Assembly (NCBI GenBank): GCA_963721805.1
Contig: CAVRJY010000001.1
Location: 544,001-608,000 of the forward strand
Direction of reading: 5' to 3'
DNA length: 64,000 nt
From: Nitrospirota bacterium
Lineage (GTDB): Bacteria; Nitrospirota; Thermodesulfovibrionia; Thermodesulfovibrionales; JdFR-86
Shown piece by piece: positions 30,161 through 41,742 of the stretch. The number at the start of each line of letters is the position of its first letter. The stretch's first letter is position 1. The position numbers and the translations under genes are program-made. The notes under the pieces are model-generated. The model was given only the letters and a program-made list of their open reading frames with translations. It ran no database searches and had not been told where the DNA came from.

Positions 30161-31207
30161 TTACTCGTCCTCATCGTTTTCATTGTTCAGAGGCGGCAGG
30201 TCTTTTATCTGCGGCTTGACCTGCTTAATGCCGAGGAGGTCCTGCTCGAGGATCATCCTCTGAACCTCGGCCTTGAGTCCGCCCGCGCCGTCCAGCAGGT
30301 CATAGGCGATCTGGTTGTTCATGTCCACTGGCGATACGTCCGAGAGCTCCGGGATCACGTATATGCTCGAGCTGCCATAGGCCTTGGTGAGCGACACATA
30401 AAAGTCATCGAGGCACCTGCCGACGTACCCGCCGGTGATGTATACGTTCGTGGCCCGGATCGCGGCCAGAAAATCCATTAGCAGCGCGCCGTCATCCTCG
30501 GTCGCATACCCGCGGTTCGGAGAGCGGCTCTCGATGAACAGCACCGAGTCCGAGCCGTTTGTGACCTCGTTTAGATAACGCATGTACTCGTTCGGGCCCT
30601 GGCGGTAGACATAGCCCTTATACTTAGAATAATTCCTCGGGATGACGACGATGATCAGCTTGCCCTGCGTCGACTTGAACTCCAGGAAATCGCGCGTCCT
30701 GCGCTCCTGCGCCTGGAGCACGGCCATGAACTCGTCCCGCGGTTTCATTGCGAGGAACTTCTCGACCACGTTGAGCTTTGGGAGCTGTGCGGCGGTCTTG
30801 ACGTTCGGGATCCTGGGCGTCAGGCGCTTAAGCGTATGGAAAAACGGAAAGAAAGCAGGGTGGACGATGATATAGACCGAGCCGTTATCGAGGTATTTGC
30901 CGTAGCTCGCGTAGTCATTAGGCGAAACGTTATTGAGCCTCTTGACCATGAGCCCGGAATACGCCCGCCTGATCCATTCCTGGTCCTTCTCGACCGTCTC
31001 GTTACGAAGCTTTACGGCGTCGAGTATCTTCTGCCTCTGCTCGGCCGGGACGTCCGATACGACGATGGGCGCCACGACGGTCTCGGGATCAATCGGTCTG
31101 AAATTAAGCTTGCTGGGCCGGAATATGCATCCTGAGACGAGCGGCAGCGCGAGCATCAAAGCAATGAGCGCAGTTAAACGGAACGAATTTTCGGCAGGAT
31201 GTCGCAT
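30161..31207 (-). CDS. Hypothetical lipoprotein, possible cysteine-hydrolase-like fold
   Basis: Start MRHPAENS 7 nt after TAGAAT; lipobox LVSG|C; IIVHP and ITGGYVGRC motifs. Confidence 0.65.
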   Translation of the reverse strand: MRHPAENSFRLTALIALMLALPLVSGCIFRPSKLNFRPIDPETVVAPIVVSDVPAEQRQKILDAVKLRNETVEKDQEWIRRAYSGLMVKRLNNVSPNDYASYGKYLDNGSVYIIVHPAFFPFFHTLKRLTPRIPNVKTAAQLPKLNVVEKFLAMKPRDEFMAVLQAQERRTRDFLEFKSTQGKLIIVVIPRNYSKYKGYVYRQGPNEYMRYLNEVTNGSDSVLFIESRSPNRGYATEDDGALLMDFLAAIRATNVYITGGYVGRCLDDFYVSLTKAYGSSSIYVIPELSDVSPVDMNNQIAYDLLDGAGGLKAEVQRMILEQDLLGIKQVKPQIKDLPPLNNENDEDE

Positions 31208-31279
31208 AACCTTAATTCTACAAAATAACCCCGGCCCATTCCAAGTGAGCCCGGCGCGCGATGATGTATAATCCGGCAT

Positions 31280-33151
31280 ATGCGCTATGTAATCCTAGGC
31301 ACCGCCGGGCATATAGACCACGGCAAGAGCACCCTCGTCAAGGCCCTGACCGGCACCGACCCCGACCGCCTGAAGGAAGAGAAAGAGCGCGGTATCACGA
31401 TAGACCTCGGGTTTGCGGACCTGGCATACCCCGACGGGCTCTCTATAGGCATCGTAGACGTGCCGGGCCACGAAAAGCTCGTCCGCAACATGCTTGCCGG
31501 CGCCGGGGGCATAGATATCGTCCTGCTGGTAATTGCGGCCGACGAGGGCGTCATGCCCCAGAGCCGCGAGCACCTGCATATCTGCGACCTCCTCAGAATC
31601 AAGTCCGGCATAGTAGTCATAACCAAGACGGACATGGTCGAGCCCGAATGGCTCGCACTCGTGCAGGACGAGGTGCGCAGGTTCGTTCGAGGATCGTTTC
31701 TGGAGGGGGCCGAGATCGTCCCGGTATCCGCCAAGACAGGCGAGGGGCTCGTTGAGCTTAAAGAGAAGATCCACGCCCTCGCGCTAGCGGTGCAGCCCAA
31801 GCCCACGCGCGGGATCTTCAGGCTGCCTGTAGACCGCGTATTCACCCTTAAGGGGTTCGGCACGGTCGTGACCGGCACGGCGGTATCCGGCACCGTCTCG
31901 GTCGAGGACGCGCTAGACATCCTGCCGGAAGGGGCCGAGGCCAAGGTGCGCGGCCTCCAGAGCCACGGCAGGCAGGTCCGCACTGCCTATGCAGGGCAGC
32001 GCGTAGCTGTCAACCTCCAGGGGATAGAGAAGGAATCCGTCAGGCGCGGCGACACGCTGGCCGCGGCCGGGAGGCTTCAGCCCACCCGAGTCCTGGACGC
32101 GAAGATCTCGCTCCTCCCCGAGGCCCCACCTCTTAAAAACCGCAAGACGGTTCACCTGCATATCGGCACTAGCGAGGCCGTTGCAAGGGTCGTGCTCCAT
32201 GACCGCGACCACATCGAGCCGGGCGAGTCCGTCTTCTGCCAGCTCAGGCTCGACGTCCCGGTGGTATCGCAAAGCGGAGACAGGTTCATCATCAGGAGGT
32301 TCTCGCCGGTAGAGACCATCGGAGGCGGCGAGGTCCTGGACCCCACGCCCCCGCGCCGCAAGAGGAGCGAGGGGCGCGATGACCTCGCGGTGTTCGAGAC
32401 CGGAACGCTTACCGAAAAGATCGCGGTCAAGGTCCGGCGTGCCGGGCTTCAAGGCATTGGAAGCAGGACGATCGAGGGCTGGATAAATTCCGAGATTCCG
32501 GCCGTCTCGGCCTCGATTGACTCGCTGGCCGCAAAAAAGATCATCGTACGCCTCGGAGACCTGCTGATGCACGCCGAGGCGGTATCGGCCTTCAGGGATG
32601 CGGCCGCTGCCCGGCTCAAGGATTATCATGAAAAAAATCCGCTCAAGCCTGGCATGCCGAAGGAAGAACTCCGCACCGCGCTGCGCATCGAGGACGGCCG
32701 CGTCTTTGCCGAGCTGCTCGCGACAGCCGTTGACGTGGTGGTCGAGAAGGACACCCTAAGGCTAAAGAGCTTCAGCGCGGCCGCCTCCTCGGCGGAGCGC
32801 GACGAGATCTCGGCCATGCTCCTGCATGACGGCTTTCAGCCGCGCACCCCGGCAGAACTCGCCGCCGCGTCAGGGAAGACCGAGCGCCGGATCGAGGACG
32901 TGCTAAAGCTCATGCATAAAGAAGGCTCGGTCGTGCGCATATCGGGTGAGGTCTATCTCTCCCGCGAATACTATGACAGGATGCTCGCCGCTCTGCGCGC
33001 ACATTTCGGAGCAAAGGCCGATATGACTGTGGCCGAGTTCCGCGACCTGCTGGGCACCTCGCGCAAGTATGCCCTGCCGTACCTGGAATACCTCGACGGA
33101 AACCGCATCACGCTCCGCGTCGGCGACGTCCGCAAGCTGCTGTTAAAGTGA
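31280..33151 (+). CDS. selB: Selenocysteine-specific elongation factor
   Basis: [26 protein letters not shown]-terminal winged helix [20 protein letters not shown]. Confidence 0.97.
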   Translation: MRYVILGTAGHIDHGKSTLVKALTGTDPDRLKEEKERGITIDLGFADLAYPDGLSIGIVDVPGHEKLVRNMLAGAGGIDIVLLVIAADEGVMPQSREHLHICDLLRIKSGIVVITKTDMVEPEWLALVQDEVRRFVRGSFLEGAEIVPVSAKTGEGLVELKEKIHALALAVQPKPTRGIFRLPVDRVFTLKGFGTVVTGTAVSGTVSVEDALDILPEGAEAKVRGLQSHGRQVRTAYAGQRVAVNLQGIEKESVRRGDTLAAAGRLQPTRVLDAKISLLPEAPPLKNRKTVHLHIGTSEAVARVVLHDRDHIEPGESVFCQLRLDVPVVSQSGDRFIIRRFSPVETIGGGEVLDPTPPRRKRSEGRDDLAVFETGTLTEKIAVKVRRAGLQGIGSRTIEGWINSEIPAVSASIDSLAAKKIIVRLGDLLMHAEAVSAFRDAAAARLKDYHEKNPLKPGMPKEELRTALRIEDGRVFAELLATAVDVVVEKDTLRLKSFSAAASSAERDEISAMLLHDGFQPRTPAELAAASGKTERRIEDVLKLMHKEGSVVRISGEVYLSREYYDRMLAALRAHFGAKADMTVAEFRDLLGTSRKYALPYLEYLDGNRITLRVGDVRKLLLK

Positions 33152-33199
33152 TATCCGCTTAAATTGACATTTGGCGGAGCGATTAAATAGAATCAGAAG

Positions 33200-33826
33200 A
33201 TGCAGAACACGTTCATTGAGACCGTGCTCAATGCCGGTCCGGTAGTCAAGTTCATACTGCTGGTGCTCCTGACGTTCTCGGTGATTTCCTGGGCTATTAT
33301 CTTCTACAAGTTTTTTTATCTCTTGCGCGCCCGCAGGGAAAACGAGTCGTTCTACTCCGCGTTCCGCGCTACGCACCGTCTCGAGCGCCTCTCGGCCAAC
33401 GCCGAAGACCTCCATACCGGGCCGATGAGCAATGTCTTCCGGGCGGTCTATGCCGATTTCTCAGGCCGCGACCGGCAGGAGACCCGCCGCATGTTGCACC
33501 GCTTTGAGACCCTCGAGATCGAGAAGCTCGAGCGCTACCTGAGTTTCCTGGCCACCACCGGCTCGACCACGCCCTTTATCGGGCTCTTCGGCACCGTATG
33601 GGGCATCATGGACGCCTTCAGGGGCATCGGGGCGTCAGGCTCGGCCTCACTCGCGGTTGTCGCACCGGGCATAGCCGAGGCCCTGATCACCACCGCCGTC
33701 GGCCTGGCCGCGGCAATACCGGCGGTCGTCGCTTACAACTACTACGTCGGGCGCATAAGACAGGTCGTGGTGGAAACGCAGGACTTCTCGGAGGAGATCC
33801 TCGACCTCCTTTCGCCGGGTGCATAG
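33200..33826 (+). CDS. tolQ: TolQ
   Basis: PFIGLFGTVWGIM, VAPGIAEALITTA; first gene of the tol-pal cluster. Confidence 0.93.
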   Translation: MQNTFIETVLNAGPVVKFILLVLLTFSVISWAIIFYKFFYLLRARRENESFYSAFRATHRLERLSANAEDLHTGPMSNVFRAVYADFSGRDRQETRRMLHRFETLEIEKLERYLSFLATTGSTTPFIGLFGTVWGIMDAFRGIGASGSASLAVVAPGIAEALITTAVGLAAAIPAVVAYNYYVGRIRQVVVETQDFSEEILDLLSPGA

Positions 33827-33829
33827 CCT

Positions 33830-34231
33830 GTGAGGACGGAGCGCGGCCGCGGGCTGATGTCCGAGATCAACGTCACGCCTTTCGTAGACGTCATGCTCGT
33901 GCTCCTGATTATCTTCATGGTCACGGCCCCGCTGATGCGCCAGGGCCTGGACGTCAACCTCCCGGAGGCCAAGGGCAAGGCGCTCCCCGAGGAGCAGCGC
34001 ATAGATATCACGATCACTAAGCAGGGCGCCATCGAGCTAGACGGCAGCACGGTTACTATCGAACAGCTCGGAAGGAAACTGCAAGCGATGAAGGCCGGCC
34101 AGCCGAATGTCTTCCTGCGGGCTGACAAGGACGTGTCCTACGGCGTGGTGGCCGAGGTAATGGGGGAGATCAAGAGCGCCGGTCTCGAGCGCCTCGGCAT
34201 GGTGACGGAGCCAAAGCAAGCCCTGCGATGA
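33830..34231 (+). CDS. tolR: TolR
   Basis: EINVTPFVDVMLVLLIIFMVTAP. Confidence 0.94.
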   Translation: MRTERGRGLMSEINVTPFVDVMLVLLIIFMVTAPLMRQGLDVNLPEAKGKALPEEQRIDITITKQGAIELDGSTVTIEQLGRKLQAMKAGQPNVFLRADKDVSYGVVAEVMGEIKSAGLERLGMVTEPKQALR

Positions 34232-34983
34232 GAGGCAACGGCCTATACTGGGCTACGGTTATCTCGGCGTTTGTTCATGCGGCATTCTTTTTTCTGGCGC
34301 TTTTCATCCTGAAACAGTCGGACGTGCATATAAACGCCTCGGTATACACGGTGAACCTCGTTGACGCGATGCCTCGGCGCGCCGCCGAGCCCGCCAGGGC
34401 CCAGCTGAAGCCCGAGACAAAACCACAGGCCGAGGAGAAGAAGCTGGAGCCGCTTGAACAGCCCCCAACCGTATCGAAGAGCGCGATGGTCTATGCGGCC
34501 CAGAAGCTCAAGGCCATGGAGAAGCGGCTGTCCGAGGAAGTGCGCGCCGCGCAGCGGATTCAGGAGATCGCAAGGCAAAAGGCCGAGGAGAAGGACGCCG
34601 CGAAGCGGATCGCGGAGCTCAAGTCGAAGAAGCGTTTTGAGAACATAAGGCAGTCGGCCTCGGTAAAGGCCGATGCGGAACACGCAGTAGTGGACAGCTC
34701 GCGGGCCGAACGTACGCTCGATGAGTACACCTCAAAGGTCAACGACAAGATAAAGCGCGCATGGGTCTATCCGGACCTTGGGCAGATGGCGGGCATGGAG
34801 GCTACCGTATCGGTCACGGTGCAGGCAGACGGACGAATTATCGTTAACCGCATCGAGCGGACATCCGGCAATGCGATATTCGATCGCTCGGCGCTCAGGG
34901 CCATAGCCAAGGCAAGCCCGGTCGCGCCTCCGCCGTATGCACCGTTTGAGTTAGGAGTGAGGTTTTCCCCAGATGATAAATAG
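34228..34983 (+). CDS. tolA: TolA / TonB-family protein
   Basis: TM helix with SxxxH, charged helical linker, TonB_C-like C-terminus (SGNAIFDRSALRAI); lies between tolR and tolB. Confidence 0.82.
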   Translation: MRGNGLYWATVISAFVHAAFFFLALFILKQSDVHINASVYTVNLVDAMPRRAAEPARAQLKPETKPQAEEKKLEPLEQPPTVSKSAMVYAAQKLKAMEKRLSEEVRAAQRIQEIARQKAEEKDAAKRIAELKSKKRFENIRQSASVKADAEHAVVDSSRAERTLDEYTSKVNDKIKRAWVYPDLGQMAGMEATVSVTVQADGRIIVNRIERTSGNAIFDRSALRAIAKASPVAPPPYAPFELGVRFSPDDK

Positions 34984-36220
34984 ATTGCATAAGATCGTAT
35001 TGGCACTTCTCGTCGCCCTTTGCTTTACCAGCGCGGCCGAGGCAAAGGTTTACATAGACGTCGTGGCAGCGCCGCGCGTGATGCCGATAGCGGTGCAGCC
35101 GCTCGCCGGGCAGGGCGGGGTAGAGGTATCCTCCGTGATCGCCGACGACCTGCTATATACCGGCCTGTTTTCGGTGGCCGACCCTCTTAAGTGTTCCGAG
35201 CGGCCCGAGGAGGGCTTCTCGGCGGCCCGATGGTCGGCGCTTGGCGTCGAGGCCGTGGTCAAGGGGTTCGTCAAGGACGGGACAGTCACGGTATACCTAT
35301 ACGACGTGCTCGAAGACCGCGTGCTGATGCAGAAGCTCTACAGGGCCGACCAGCGCGGCATGAGGCCCGTAGGGCATCAGGCCGCGGCCGACATATATGA
35401 AAAGATCACCGGGGAGCACGCTGCCTTCACCTCACAGCTGGCCTACGTCGCTGGGAGGTCAGGGAGCAAGTCCCTGCGCATCTGCGACTGGGACGGCAAG
35501 AACGTGCGGCAGGCAGGGAAGCCCTCGCAGATGCTGGTCTCGCCGCACTGGGCCCCTGACGGGACGAAGCTCATATTCTCTGCCAACCGCTCCGGCACGT
35601 GGGGCATCTATATGTATGACCTCAGGACGGCCCAGGAGAGCGCGGTCTACTCCACTGACGGCATCTGCATCGCCGGGGACTTCTTCCCGAGTGGCGACGA
35701 GTTCACGCTCTCGTCATCGATGATGGGCACCGCCGATATCTATGTGTACAGCCTGAAATCGAAGCTCGCATCGCGCCTTACCACTGACCGCGGCATAGAG
35801 GTCACGCCATCCGTATCCCCCGACGGAGGCACCATAGCGTACGTCTCTGACCGCAGCGGCGTCCCTCAGGTTTACAGTATGGACAGATTAGGATATAATA
35901 GCGCGAGGCTGACGTTTACGGGCAGTTATAACACTTCGCCCGTCTGGTCTCCAAGGGGGGACAAGATAGCATTCAGCGGCCGGTTTGAGGGCAAAAACCA
36001 GATATTCGTCATGAACTCCGACGGCTCGAAGCCGGTCAGGCTCACGGACAGGGGCAACAACGAGGACCCGACCTTCTCGCCGGACGGCAGGTTCATCGCC
36101 TTCACCTCCGACCGCGAAGGGCCGAAGGCCGTCTATGTTATGAGGGCCGACGGCTCGGGCGCAAAGAAAATATCTTACCCCGGGGAGTCTGCATCGTCGC
36201 CCCGGTGGTCTGGAAGATAG
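34973..36220 (+). CDS. tolB: TolB
   Basis: Signal peptide, N-domain, PD40 repeats (P.WSPDG). Confidence 0.92.
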   Translation: MINRLHKIVLALLVALCFTSAAEAKVYIDVVAAPRVMPIAVQPLAGQGGVEVSSVIADDLLYTGLFSVADPLKCSERPEEGFSAARWSALGVEAVVKGFVKDGTVTVYLYDVLEDRVLMQKLYRADQRGMRPVGHQAAADIYEKITGEHAAFTSQLAYVAGRSGSKSLRICDWDGKNVRQAGKPSQMLVSPHWAPDGTKLIFSANRSGTWGIYMYDLRTAQESAVYSTDGICIAGDFFPSGDEFTLSSSMMGTADIYVYSLKSKLASRLTTDRGIEVTPSVSPDGGTIAYVSDRSGVPQVYSMDRLGYNSARLTFTGSYNTSPVWSPRGDKIAFSGRFEGKNQIFVMNSDGSKPVRLTDRGNNEDPTFSPDGRFIAFTSDREGPKAVYVMRADGSGAKKISYPGESASSPRWSGR

Positions 36221-36250
36221 ATAATTAAATTAAACCCTGGAGGTGGATTC

Positions 36251-36832
36251 ATGAAAAAAATCCTTGCTATCCTCATTGCGCTGATGTTGATGCTCTCGGC
36301 TTATGGCTGCGCCGAGAAGAAAGCCGTTGTGAAGTCCTCCGAGGAGACCGCTACGTCCGAGGCCCAGAAGGCAGCTGAGGCCCAAAAGGCAGCCGAGGCC
36401 CAAAAGGCAGCCGAGGCTCAGAAGGCCACGGACGCACAGAAGGCCGAACGCGAGGCCGCCGAGGCCCAGAGGGCTGCAGAGAAGGCCAAGGACATGTTCG
36501 GCGATATCCATTTTGATTACAACAAGTACGCGATACTCGACACCGATAAGCCCACGCTGAAGGACCTCGGCGCATGGCTCAAGGCAAACAAGGCCGCGAA
36601 GCTCCAGGTCGAGGGAAACTGCGACGAACGCGGCACGAACGAGTATAACCTCGCCCTCGGCGACAGGCGCGCCCGCGCGGCAAAGGAGTATCTGGTATCG
36701 ACCGGAGTGGCCTCGGCCCGCATCAAGACCGTCAGCTACGGCGAGGAAAGGCCGATCTGCACCGAGCACGATGAGGCCTGCTGGACGAAGAACCGGCGCG
36801 ACCACTTCACGGTCATCGGCGGAGCGCATTAA
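36251..36832 (+). CDS. pal: Peptidoglycan-associated lipoprotein
   Basis: Lipobox AYG|C; IHFDY, EGNCDERGTNEYNLALGDRRA, NRR. Confidence 0.96.
   Translation: MKKILAILIALMLMLSAYGCAEKKAVVKSSEETATSEAQKAAEAQKAAEAQKAAEAQKATDAQKAEREAAEAQRAAEKAKDMFGDIHFDYNKYAILDTDKPTLKDLGAWLKANKAAKLQVEGNCDERGTNEYNLALGDRRARAAKEYLVSTGVASARIKTVSYGEERPICTEHDEACWTKNRRDHFTVIGGAH
36359..36448 (+). repeat. 18-bp tandem repeat (about 5 copies, EAQKAA) in the Pal linker
   Basis: GAGGCCCA(G/A)AAGGCAGC(T/C) x3 plus two degenerate copies. Confidence 0.85.
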
Positions 36833-37749
36833 TGACGAAGATGCGGATGAAGGGGCTCCTGCTTGGGGCCCTCGCCCTCGTTTTGCTTGCGGCCTGCCAG
36901 GCGCAGGAGGAGATGAGGGCCGACATAAACGACATCCGCGCCTCGACGGTCGAGCTAAAACGCAGCAACGATGCACTCGCGTTGAGGGTCGACGCGCTTT
37001 CTAAGTCCGCCTCCGCGCTTGAGGCCAAGCTCAAGGATCTGCCGGACAAGGACACCGTCTCGGCGCTTGGCGAGAGCCAGACCTCGCTGCTTGAGCGCGT
37101 AAACGACCTTACCCAGCAGTTCCAGGAGATAAACGGCAAGGTCGAGGAGAGCAAGTACGGGATCGACCAGTCGATAAAGCAGACGGCGGCCGAGGTCGAG
37201 GTCCTTAAGAGCAAGGTCGAGGCCACTGAGGGTCACACAGTCGATCCGACAGCCTCGATCTCGGAACTCAAGACCCGTCTCGATGCGATCGAGGCCGACC
37301 TCGCAACGATCAAGGGCAAGGTCGCGATTTACGACGAGGCGCTCAAGCCCCAGCCGGCCGCCGCTCAGCCGAAAGAGGACCCCAAGCTCCTGTATGACAA
37401 GGCCCTTAAGGCGTTCAACGGCAAGCAGTACCCCGAGGCGCGCCAGGGGTTCAAGGATTTCATCAAGCAGGCCCCCGACAACAAGCTGGTCTCGAACGCA
37501 CAGTTCTGGATCGGCGAGACGCTCTTTGCAGAGAAGTCCTATGACGACGCTATACTTTCCTACGAAGATGTGATCCAGAAGTATCCCGACAGCCCCAAGG
37601 CCCCGGACGCGATGCTCAAGCAGGCATACGCATTTCTGGAACTCGGGGACAAGAAGGCCGCGCGCGGCATCCTGGGTGCGCTGATCGAGAAGTTCCCCAA
37701 GAACAAACTTGCCGAGACCGCGCGCAAGAAACTGTCCTCAATCAAGTAG
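36832..37749 (+). CDS. cpoB: CpoB/YbgF (coiled coil plus TPR)
   Basis: Lipobox; [21 protein letters not shown]; follows pal. Confidence 0.9.
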   Translation: MTKMRMKGLLLGALALVLLAACQAQEEMRADINDIRASTVELKRSNDALALRVDALSKSASALEAKLKDLPDKDTVSALGESQTSLLERVNDLTQQFQEINGKVEESKYGIDQSIKQTAAEVEVLKSKVEATEGHTVDPTASISELKTRLDAIEADLATIKGKVAIYDEALKPQPAAAQPKEDPKLLYDKALKAFNGKQYPEARQGFKDFIKQAPDNKLVSNAQFWIGETLFAEKSYDDAILSYEDVIQKYPDSPKAPDAMLKQAYAFLELGDKKAARGILGALIEKFPKNKLAETARKKLSSIK

Positions 37750-37765
37750 AGGCGCGCTAATAACC

Positions 37766-38251
37766 ATGGCGCGCCCAGGAAGGCTCACCCACCTTAACGA
37801 AAAGGGCGAGGCCCGCATGGTCGACGTATCCGCCAAGCCCCCAACCATGCGCGAGGCCACCGCATCCGCCCGCGTGTTCATGGAGCCCGCAACACTCGCG
37901 CTGATCTCCGAGGGCCGTATCGAGAAGGGCGACGTGCTCGCTGTCTCCCGGATCGCCGGGATCATGGCCGCCAAGCGGACGCCCGAGCTGATCCCGCTTT
38001 GTCACCCGATAGCGCTGAGTTCGGTTCAGGTAGAGCTTATCCCCAACCCCGAGGGCCCATCGGTCGATATCACCGCGACCGCGGCTGCCACCGGGCCTAC
38101 AGGAGTTGAGATGGAGGCTCTCATGGCCGCGTCCGCAGCGGCGCTCACGGTCTATGACATGTGCAAGGCCGCGGAACGCGGGATGAGGATCACGGACGTC
38201 ATGCTGCTTGAGAAAAAAGGCGGCCGGAGCGGCCACTGGAGGCGCAAGTGA
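37766..38251 (+). CDS. moaC: Cyclic pyranopterin monophosphate synthase
   Basis: LTH...[28 protein letters not shown]. Confidence 0.96.
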   Translation: MARPGRLTHLNEKGEARMVDVSAKPPTMREATASARVFMEPATLALISEGRIEKGDVLAVSRIAGIMAAKRTPELIPLCHPIALSSVQVELIPNPEGPSVDITATAAATGPTGVEMEALMAASAAALTVYDMCKAAERGMRITDVMLLEKKGGRSGHWRRK

Positions 38252-38847
38252 GCAATGGCACGCTTGGCGTCATACTTGCCGGCGGGCGGAACACCAGGTT
38301 TCCGTATCCGAAGGGCCTGATCCGAATCGACGGCCTGACGATCATCGAACGGCAGGCGGCCATGCTCGCGAAACTCACCGGAAGGGTTATCATCAGCACC
38401 AACATGCCCGAGCTTTACTTCCGCTATGGCCTGCCGATGATCGGAGACACCGTACCCTCGCGCGGGCCGATCTCGGGGATATTCTCGGCCTTGAGGTGGT
38501 CCGGCGCGGGCCGAGTGCTCGCGCTCTCAAGCGACATGCCCTACATCGGCGAAAACCTGCTAGAATATTTACTGAAGCATGCCGCGCTCGACGCGACCGT
38601 CTGCATGCGCGGCGGCTGGGTCGAGCCCATGCCCGGCATATACGCGGCGTCCGCCTTGCGCGCGATCGGGCAGGGCGTGCTGGGCGAGGGCAGCGGATCG
38701 ATGCTCAGGCTGCTTGGCTCGATCGAGACGCGATACATAAGCGACGCCGAGGTCCGCGCGCTGGACCCGGAGGGGAAGTCCTTCGTCAACATCAACACCC
38801 CGGAGGACCTGGAAGCGAACCTGAATCCAACAGCGGATCGCGCGTAG
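38248..38847 (+). CDS. mobA: Molybdenum cofactor guanylyltransferase
   Basis: [26 protein letters not shown]. Confidence 0.9.
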   Translation: MSNGTLGVILAGGRNTRFPYPKGLIRIDGLTIIERQAAMLAKLTGRVIISTNMPELYFRYGLPMIGDTVPSRGPISGIFSALRWSGAGRVLALSSDMPYIGENLLEYLLKHAALDATVCMRGGWVEPMPGIYAASALRAIGQGVLGEGSGSMLRLLGSIETRYISDAEVRALDPEGKSFVNINTPEDLEANLNPTADRA

Positions 38848-38880
38848 CGCCGAGCACTCACCGGCAAGGAGGCATTGGAG

Positions 38881-39099
38881 ATGGATTTTTTTAGTCTGCC
38901 GCATTTGTTGGTCATACTGCTTATTGTGCTCGTAATCTTCGGCGGGGCGAAGCTGCCCGAGCTCGGCAAGGGCCTGGGCTCCGCGATCCGCAATTTCAAA
39001 AAGGCCGCCGCGGGCGAGGACGAGATAGACGTGACGCCGAAGCCCAAGGTAGAGGGCAAAGAAAAAGAAGAAGCGAAGAAAGACGAGAAGGGTGCGTAG
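38881..39099 (+). CDS. tatA: Twin-arginine translocase TatA/E
   Basis: [23 protein letters not shown]. Confidence 0.95.
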   Translation: MDFFSLPHLLVILLIVLVIFGGAKLPELGKGLGSAIRNFKKAAAGEDEIDVTPKPKVEGKEKEEAKKDEKGA

Positions 39100-40201
39100 A
39101 GGGCTCACAGCCGAGATCGACCTCGCCGCCGCCGGGCGCAACCTGGCTGCTGTCAGGAGAGCCGCGGGCGGGACGCCCGTGATCGCTGTCGTCAAGGCCG
39201 ACGCATACGGCCACGGGGCCGTCGAGCTGGGCCGGGCGTTTCAGCGTGCGGGGGCAGAGGCGCTTGCCGTTGCGTTTCTGCACGAGGCGCTGCAACTGCG
39301 CGAATCCGGCATAAGCGGACCCGTCATCGTCCTGTTTGACCGCACCGGCCCGGAGGAGTACTTCGAATACGGCCTCACCCCGGTCGTGCATGACATAAAG
39401 ACGGCCCTCATGCTCTCGGATGCCGCGACGCGCCGGGGTACGACGCTGGACATACACGTAAAGCTCGATACCGGCATGAGCCGCATGGGTTTTGAGGACC
39501 CCTCGGGGATATACGAGACCGCCTCGCTCCGGGGCCTGCGGATATCAGGGCTCATGAGCCATTTCGCCAATGCCGACATGGCCGACAGGGACTTCTCGCT
39601 CGAGCAGCTCAAGAAATTTAACGAGGTTAGAGAAGGGCTGATGAGAAAAGGGATATCTCCCGCGTGCCATATCGCGAACAGCGCGGCAGCGCTCAGCTCG
39701 TCCGAGTCGCGCTTTGATGCCATCCGGCCCGGTATCGCGCTGTACGGCTGTTCCCCGTTTGAGCCCGGGGTGGCGATGCCCGATGGCATCAAGCCCGTTA
39801 TGAGCCTGACCGCCCCCGTGCTGAGGCTCCGCCGCATACCCAAGGGCAGGCCGGTGAGCTACGGAGGCACGTTCATCACCGGCCGCGATACGCTTGCCGC
39901 GGTCGTGGCCGCAGGATACGCGGACGGCCTCGGGCGATGGGCATCGAACCGCTCGGCTGTGCTGGTTAATGGGAAGCGCGCCCCGATTCTCGGGCGCGTA
40001 TGCATGGACCTCGCGGTCGCGGACGTAACCGAAGCCGGGGAGGTCGACGAATTCTCGGATGCGGTCTTGATGGGCCGATCGGGGGATGAGGGCATCACGG
40101 CCGAGGAACTCGCCGCCGAGGCCGGGACGATCCCCTATGAGATATTGCTCCGGTTTGGGCGGCTCGCGAGTCGCAGGTTCGTAAACGGCGGCGAGGCATA
40201 G
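39092..40201 (+). CDS. alr: Alanine racemase
   Basis: [33 protein letters not shown]. Confidence 0.96.
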   Translation: MRRGLTAEIDLAAAGRNLAAVRRAAGGTPVIAVVKADAYGHGAVELGRAFQRAGAEALAVAFLHEALQLRESGISGPVIVLFDRTGPEEYFEYGLTPVVHDIKTALMLSDAATRRGTTLDIHVKLDTGMSRMGFEDPSGIYETASLRGLRISGLMSHFANADMADRDFSLEQLKKFNEVREGLMRKGISPACHIANSAAALSSSESRFDAIRPGIALYGCSPFEPGVAMPDGIKPVMSLTAPVLRLRRIPKGRPVSYGGTFITGRDTLAAVVAAGYADGLGRWASNRSAVLVNGKRAPILGRVCMDLAVADVTEAGEVDEFSDAVLMGRSGDEGITAEELAAEAGTIPYEILLRFGRLASRRFVNGGEA

Positions 40202-40202
40202 C

Positions 40203-40970
40203 ATGAACTTCATCGGTTATATAGGACGCATGCTTATAAGCTTCACGCGCGTATTCGGCAGCGTGCTCAGGCTGCTGCTCGATACCTTGCGCCAGATCGT
40301 CACGCCTCCGTATCAGATAAGGCTGATAATGAGCCAGTTATACGAGGTCGGCGTGAAGTCCGTCCCTGTGGTGCTGATAACGGGCGTATTTACGGGCATG
40401 GTGCTCGCTCTGCAGTCCTATACGGGTTTCAAGCGCTTCGGGGCCGAATCCCTCGTGGGCTCGGTCGTCGCGCTCTCGATGACTCGCGAGATGGGCCCGG
40501 TGCTCACGGGGCTTATCGTGACAGGCCGCGCCGGTGCTGCGATGGCCGCCGAACTCGGCACCATGAGGGTGACCGAGCAGATCGACGCCCTCGAGACGCT
40601 CGCCACCAACCCGGTCAAATATCTGATCGTCCCGCGGTTCATCGCGGGGGTGATTATGCTCCCGGCCCTGAGCGTGCTTGCCGACATTATCGGCATCCTT
40701 GGCGGCTACGCGATCACGGTGGGGCTGTTCAACTCAAGCCCTGCCCAGTACTGGAACCGCACCTGGGACATCATGAAGATGGAGGACATCTATAACGGGC
40801 TGCTGAAGGCAGCGTTTTTCGGCGCCGCGCTCTCGATCGTATGCTGCTACAGGGGGTTTTATTCCGAGGGCGGGGCCGAGGGCGTAGGCAAGGCCACGAC
40901 CGGAGCGGTCGTTGTCTCGTTCATGACCATACTGATATCCGACTACTTCCTGTCGGCCTGGCTGTTCTGA
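40203..40970 (+). CDS. mlaE: MlaE permease
   Basis: REMGPVLTG...AELGTMRVTEQIDAL, GGAEGVGKATT. Confidence 0.95.
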   Translation: MNFIGYIGRMLISFTRVFGSVLRLLLDTLRQIVTPPYQIRLIMSQLYEVGVKSVPVVLITGVFTGMVLALQSYTGFKRFGAESLVGSVVALSMTREMGPVLTGLIVTGRAGAAMAAELGTMRVTEQIDALETLATNPVKYLIVPRFIAGVIMLPALSVLADIIGILGGYAITVGLFNSSPAQYWNRTWDIMKMEDIYNGLLKAAFFGAALSIVCCYRGFYSEGGAEGVGKATTGAVVVSFMTILISDYFLSAWLF

Positions 40971-40983
40971 GGCTCATGGATAT

Positions 40984-41742
40984 ATGATCGAGGTCGAGGG
41001 GCTATATAAGGCATTCGGGGACAAGAAGGTGCTCGAGGGAGTCGACCTTCGGGTAGAGGACGGCCAGAGCATGGTCGTCATCGGCGGCAGCGGCAGCGGC
41101 AAGAGCGTGCTGATCAAGCACATCATAGGCATCCTCAAACCGGATGCGGGCCGCGTGCTCGTAGACGGAGAGGACGTCACCGCGATGGACGGCAAGGCCC
41201 TCCAGGGCGTCAGGCGCAAGTTCGGTATGCTTTTCCAGGGCGCCGCGCTCTTCGATTCGCTGCGCGTATGGGAAAACGTAGGGTTCGTCTACATGCAGGA
41301 GCGCAGGATGAAGGCCTCCGAGATACGCGCTATAGCCACGGAGAAGCTGCGCCTCGTAGGGCTCGTGGGCGTCGAGGACCTCATGCCCTCGGAGCTCTCC
41401 GGGGGCATGAAAAAACGCGTCGGGCTCGCCCGCGCGATAGCGCACGGCCCGAAGATCCTTCTGTACGACGAACCCACCACAGGGCTCGACCCTATCATGG
41501 CCGACGCGATAAACGACCTGATAGTAGAGATGAAGATGACACTCGGCGTGACATCTGTTACAATTACGCATGATATGCACAGCGCCTATAAAATCGCGGA
41601 CCGCATAGCCATGCTCTACAACGGAAAGATCGTAGCTGCCGGCACGCCTGAGGAGATCCGCGCCTCCGATGACCCATACGTGCTGCAGTTCGTAACCGGG
41701 AGTTCGGCCGGGCCGATCAAGGTTCAGGGGGCAGGTTTATGA
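40984..41742 (+). CDS. mlaF: MlaF ATPase
   Basis: GGSGSGKS, LFQGAALFDS, LSGGMKKRVGLARA. Confidence 0.95.
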   Translation: MIEVEGLYKAFGDKKVLEGVDLRVEDGQSMVVIGGSGSGKSVLIKHIIGILKPDAGRVLVDGEDVTAMDGKALQGVRRKFGMLFQGAALFDSLRVWENVGFVYMQERRMKASEIRAIATEKLRLVGLVGVEDLMPSELSGGMKKRVGLARAIAHGPKILLYDEPTTGLDPIMADAINDLIVEMKMTLGVTSVTITHDMHSAYKIADRIAMLYNGKIVAAGTPEEIRASDDPYVLQFVTGSSAGPIKVQGAGL

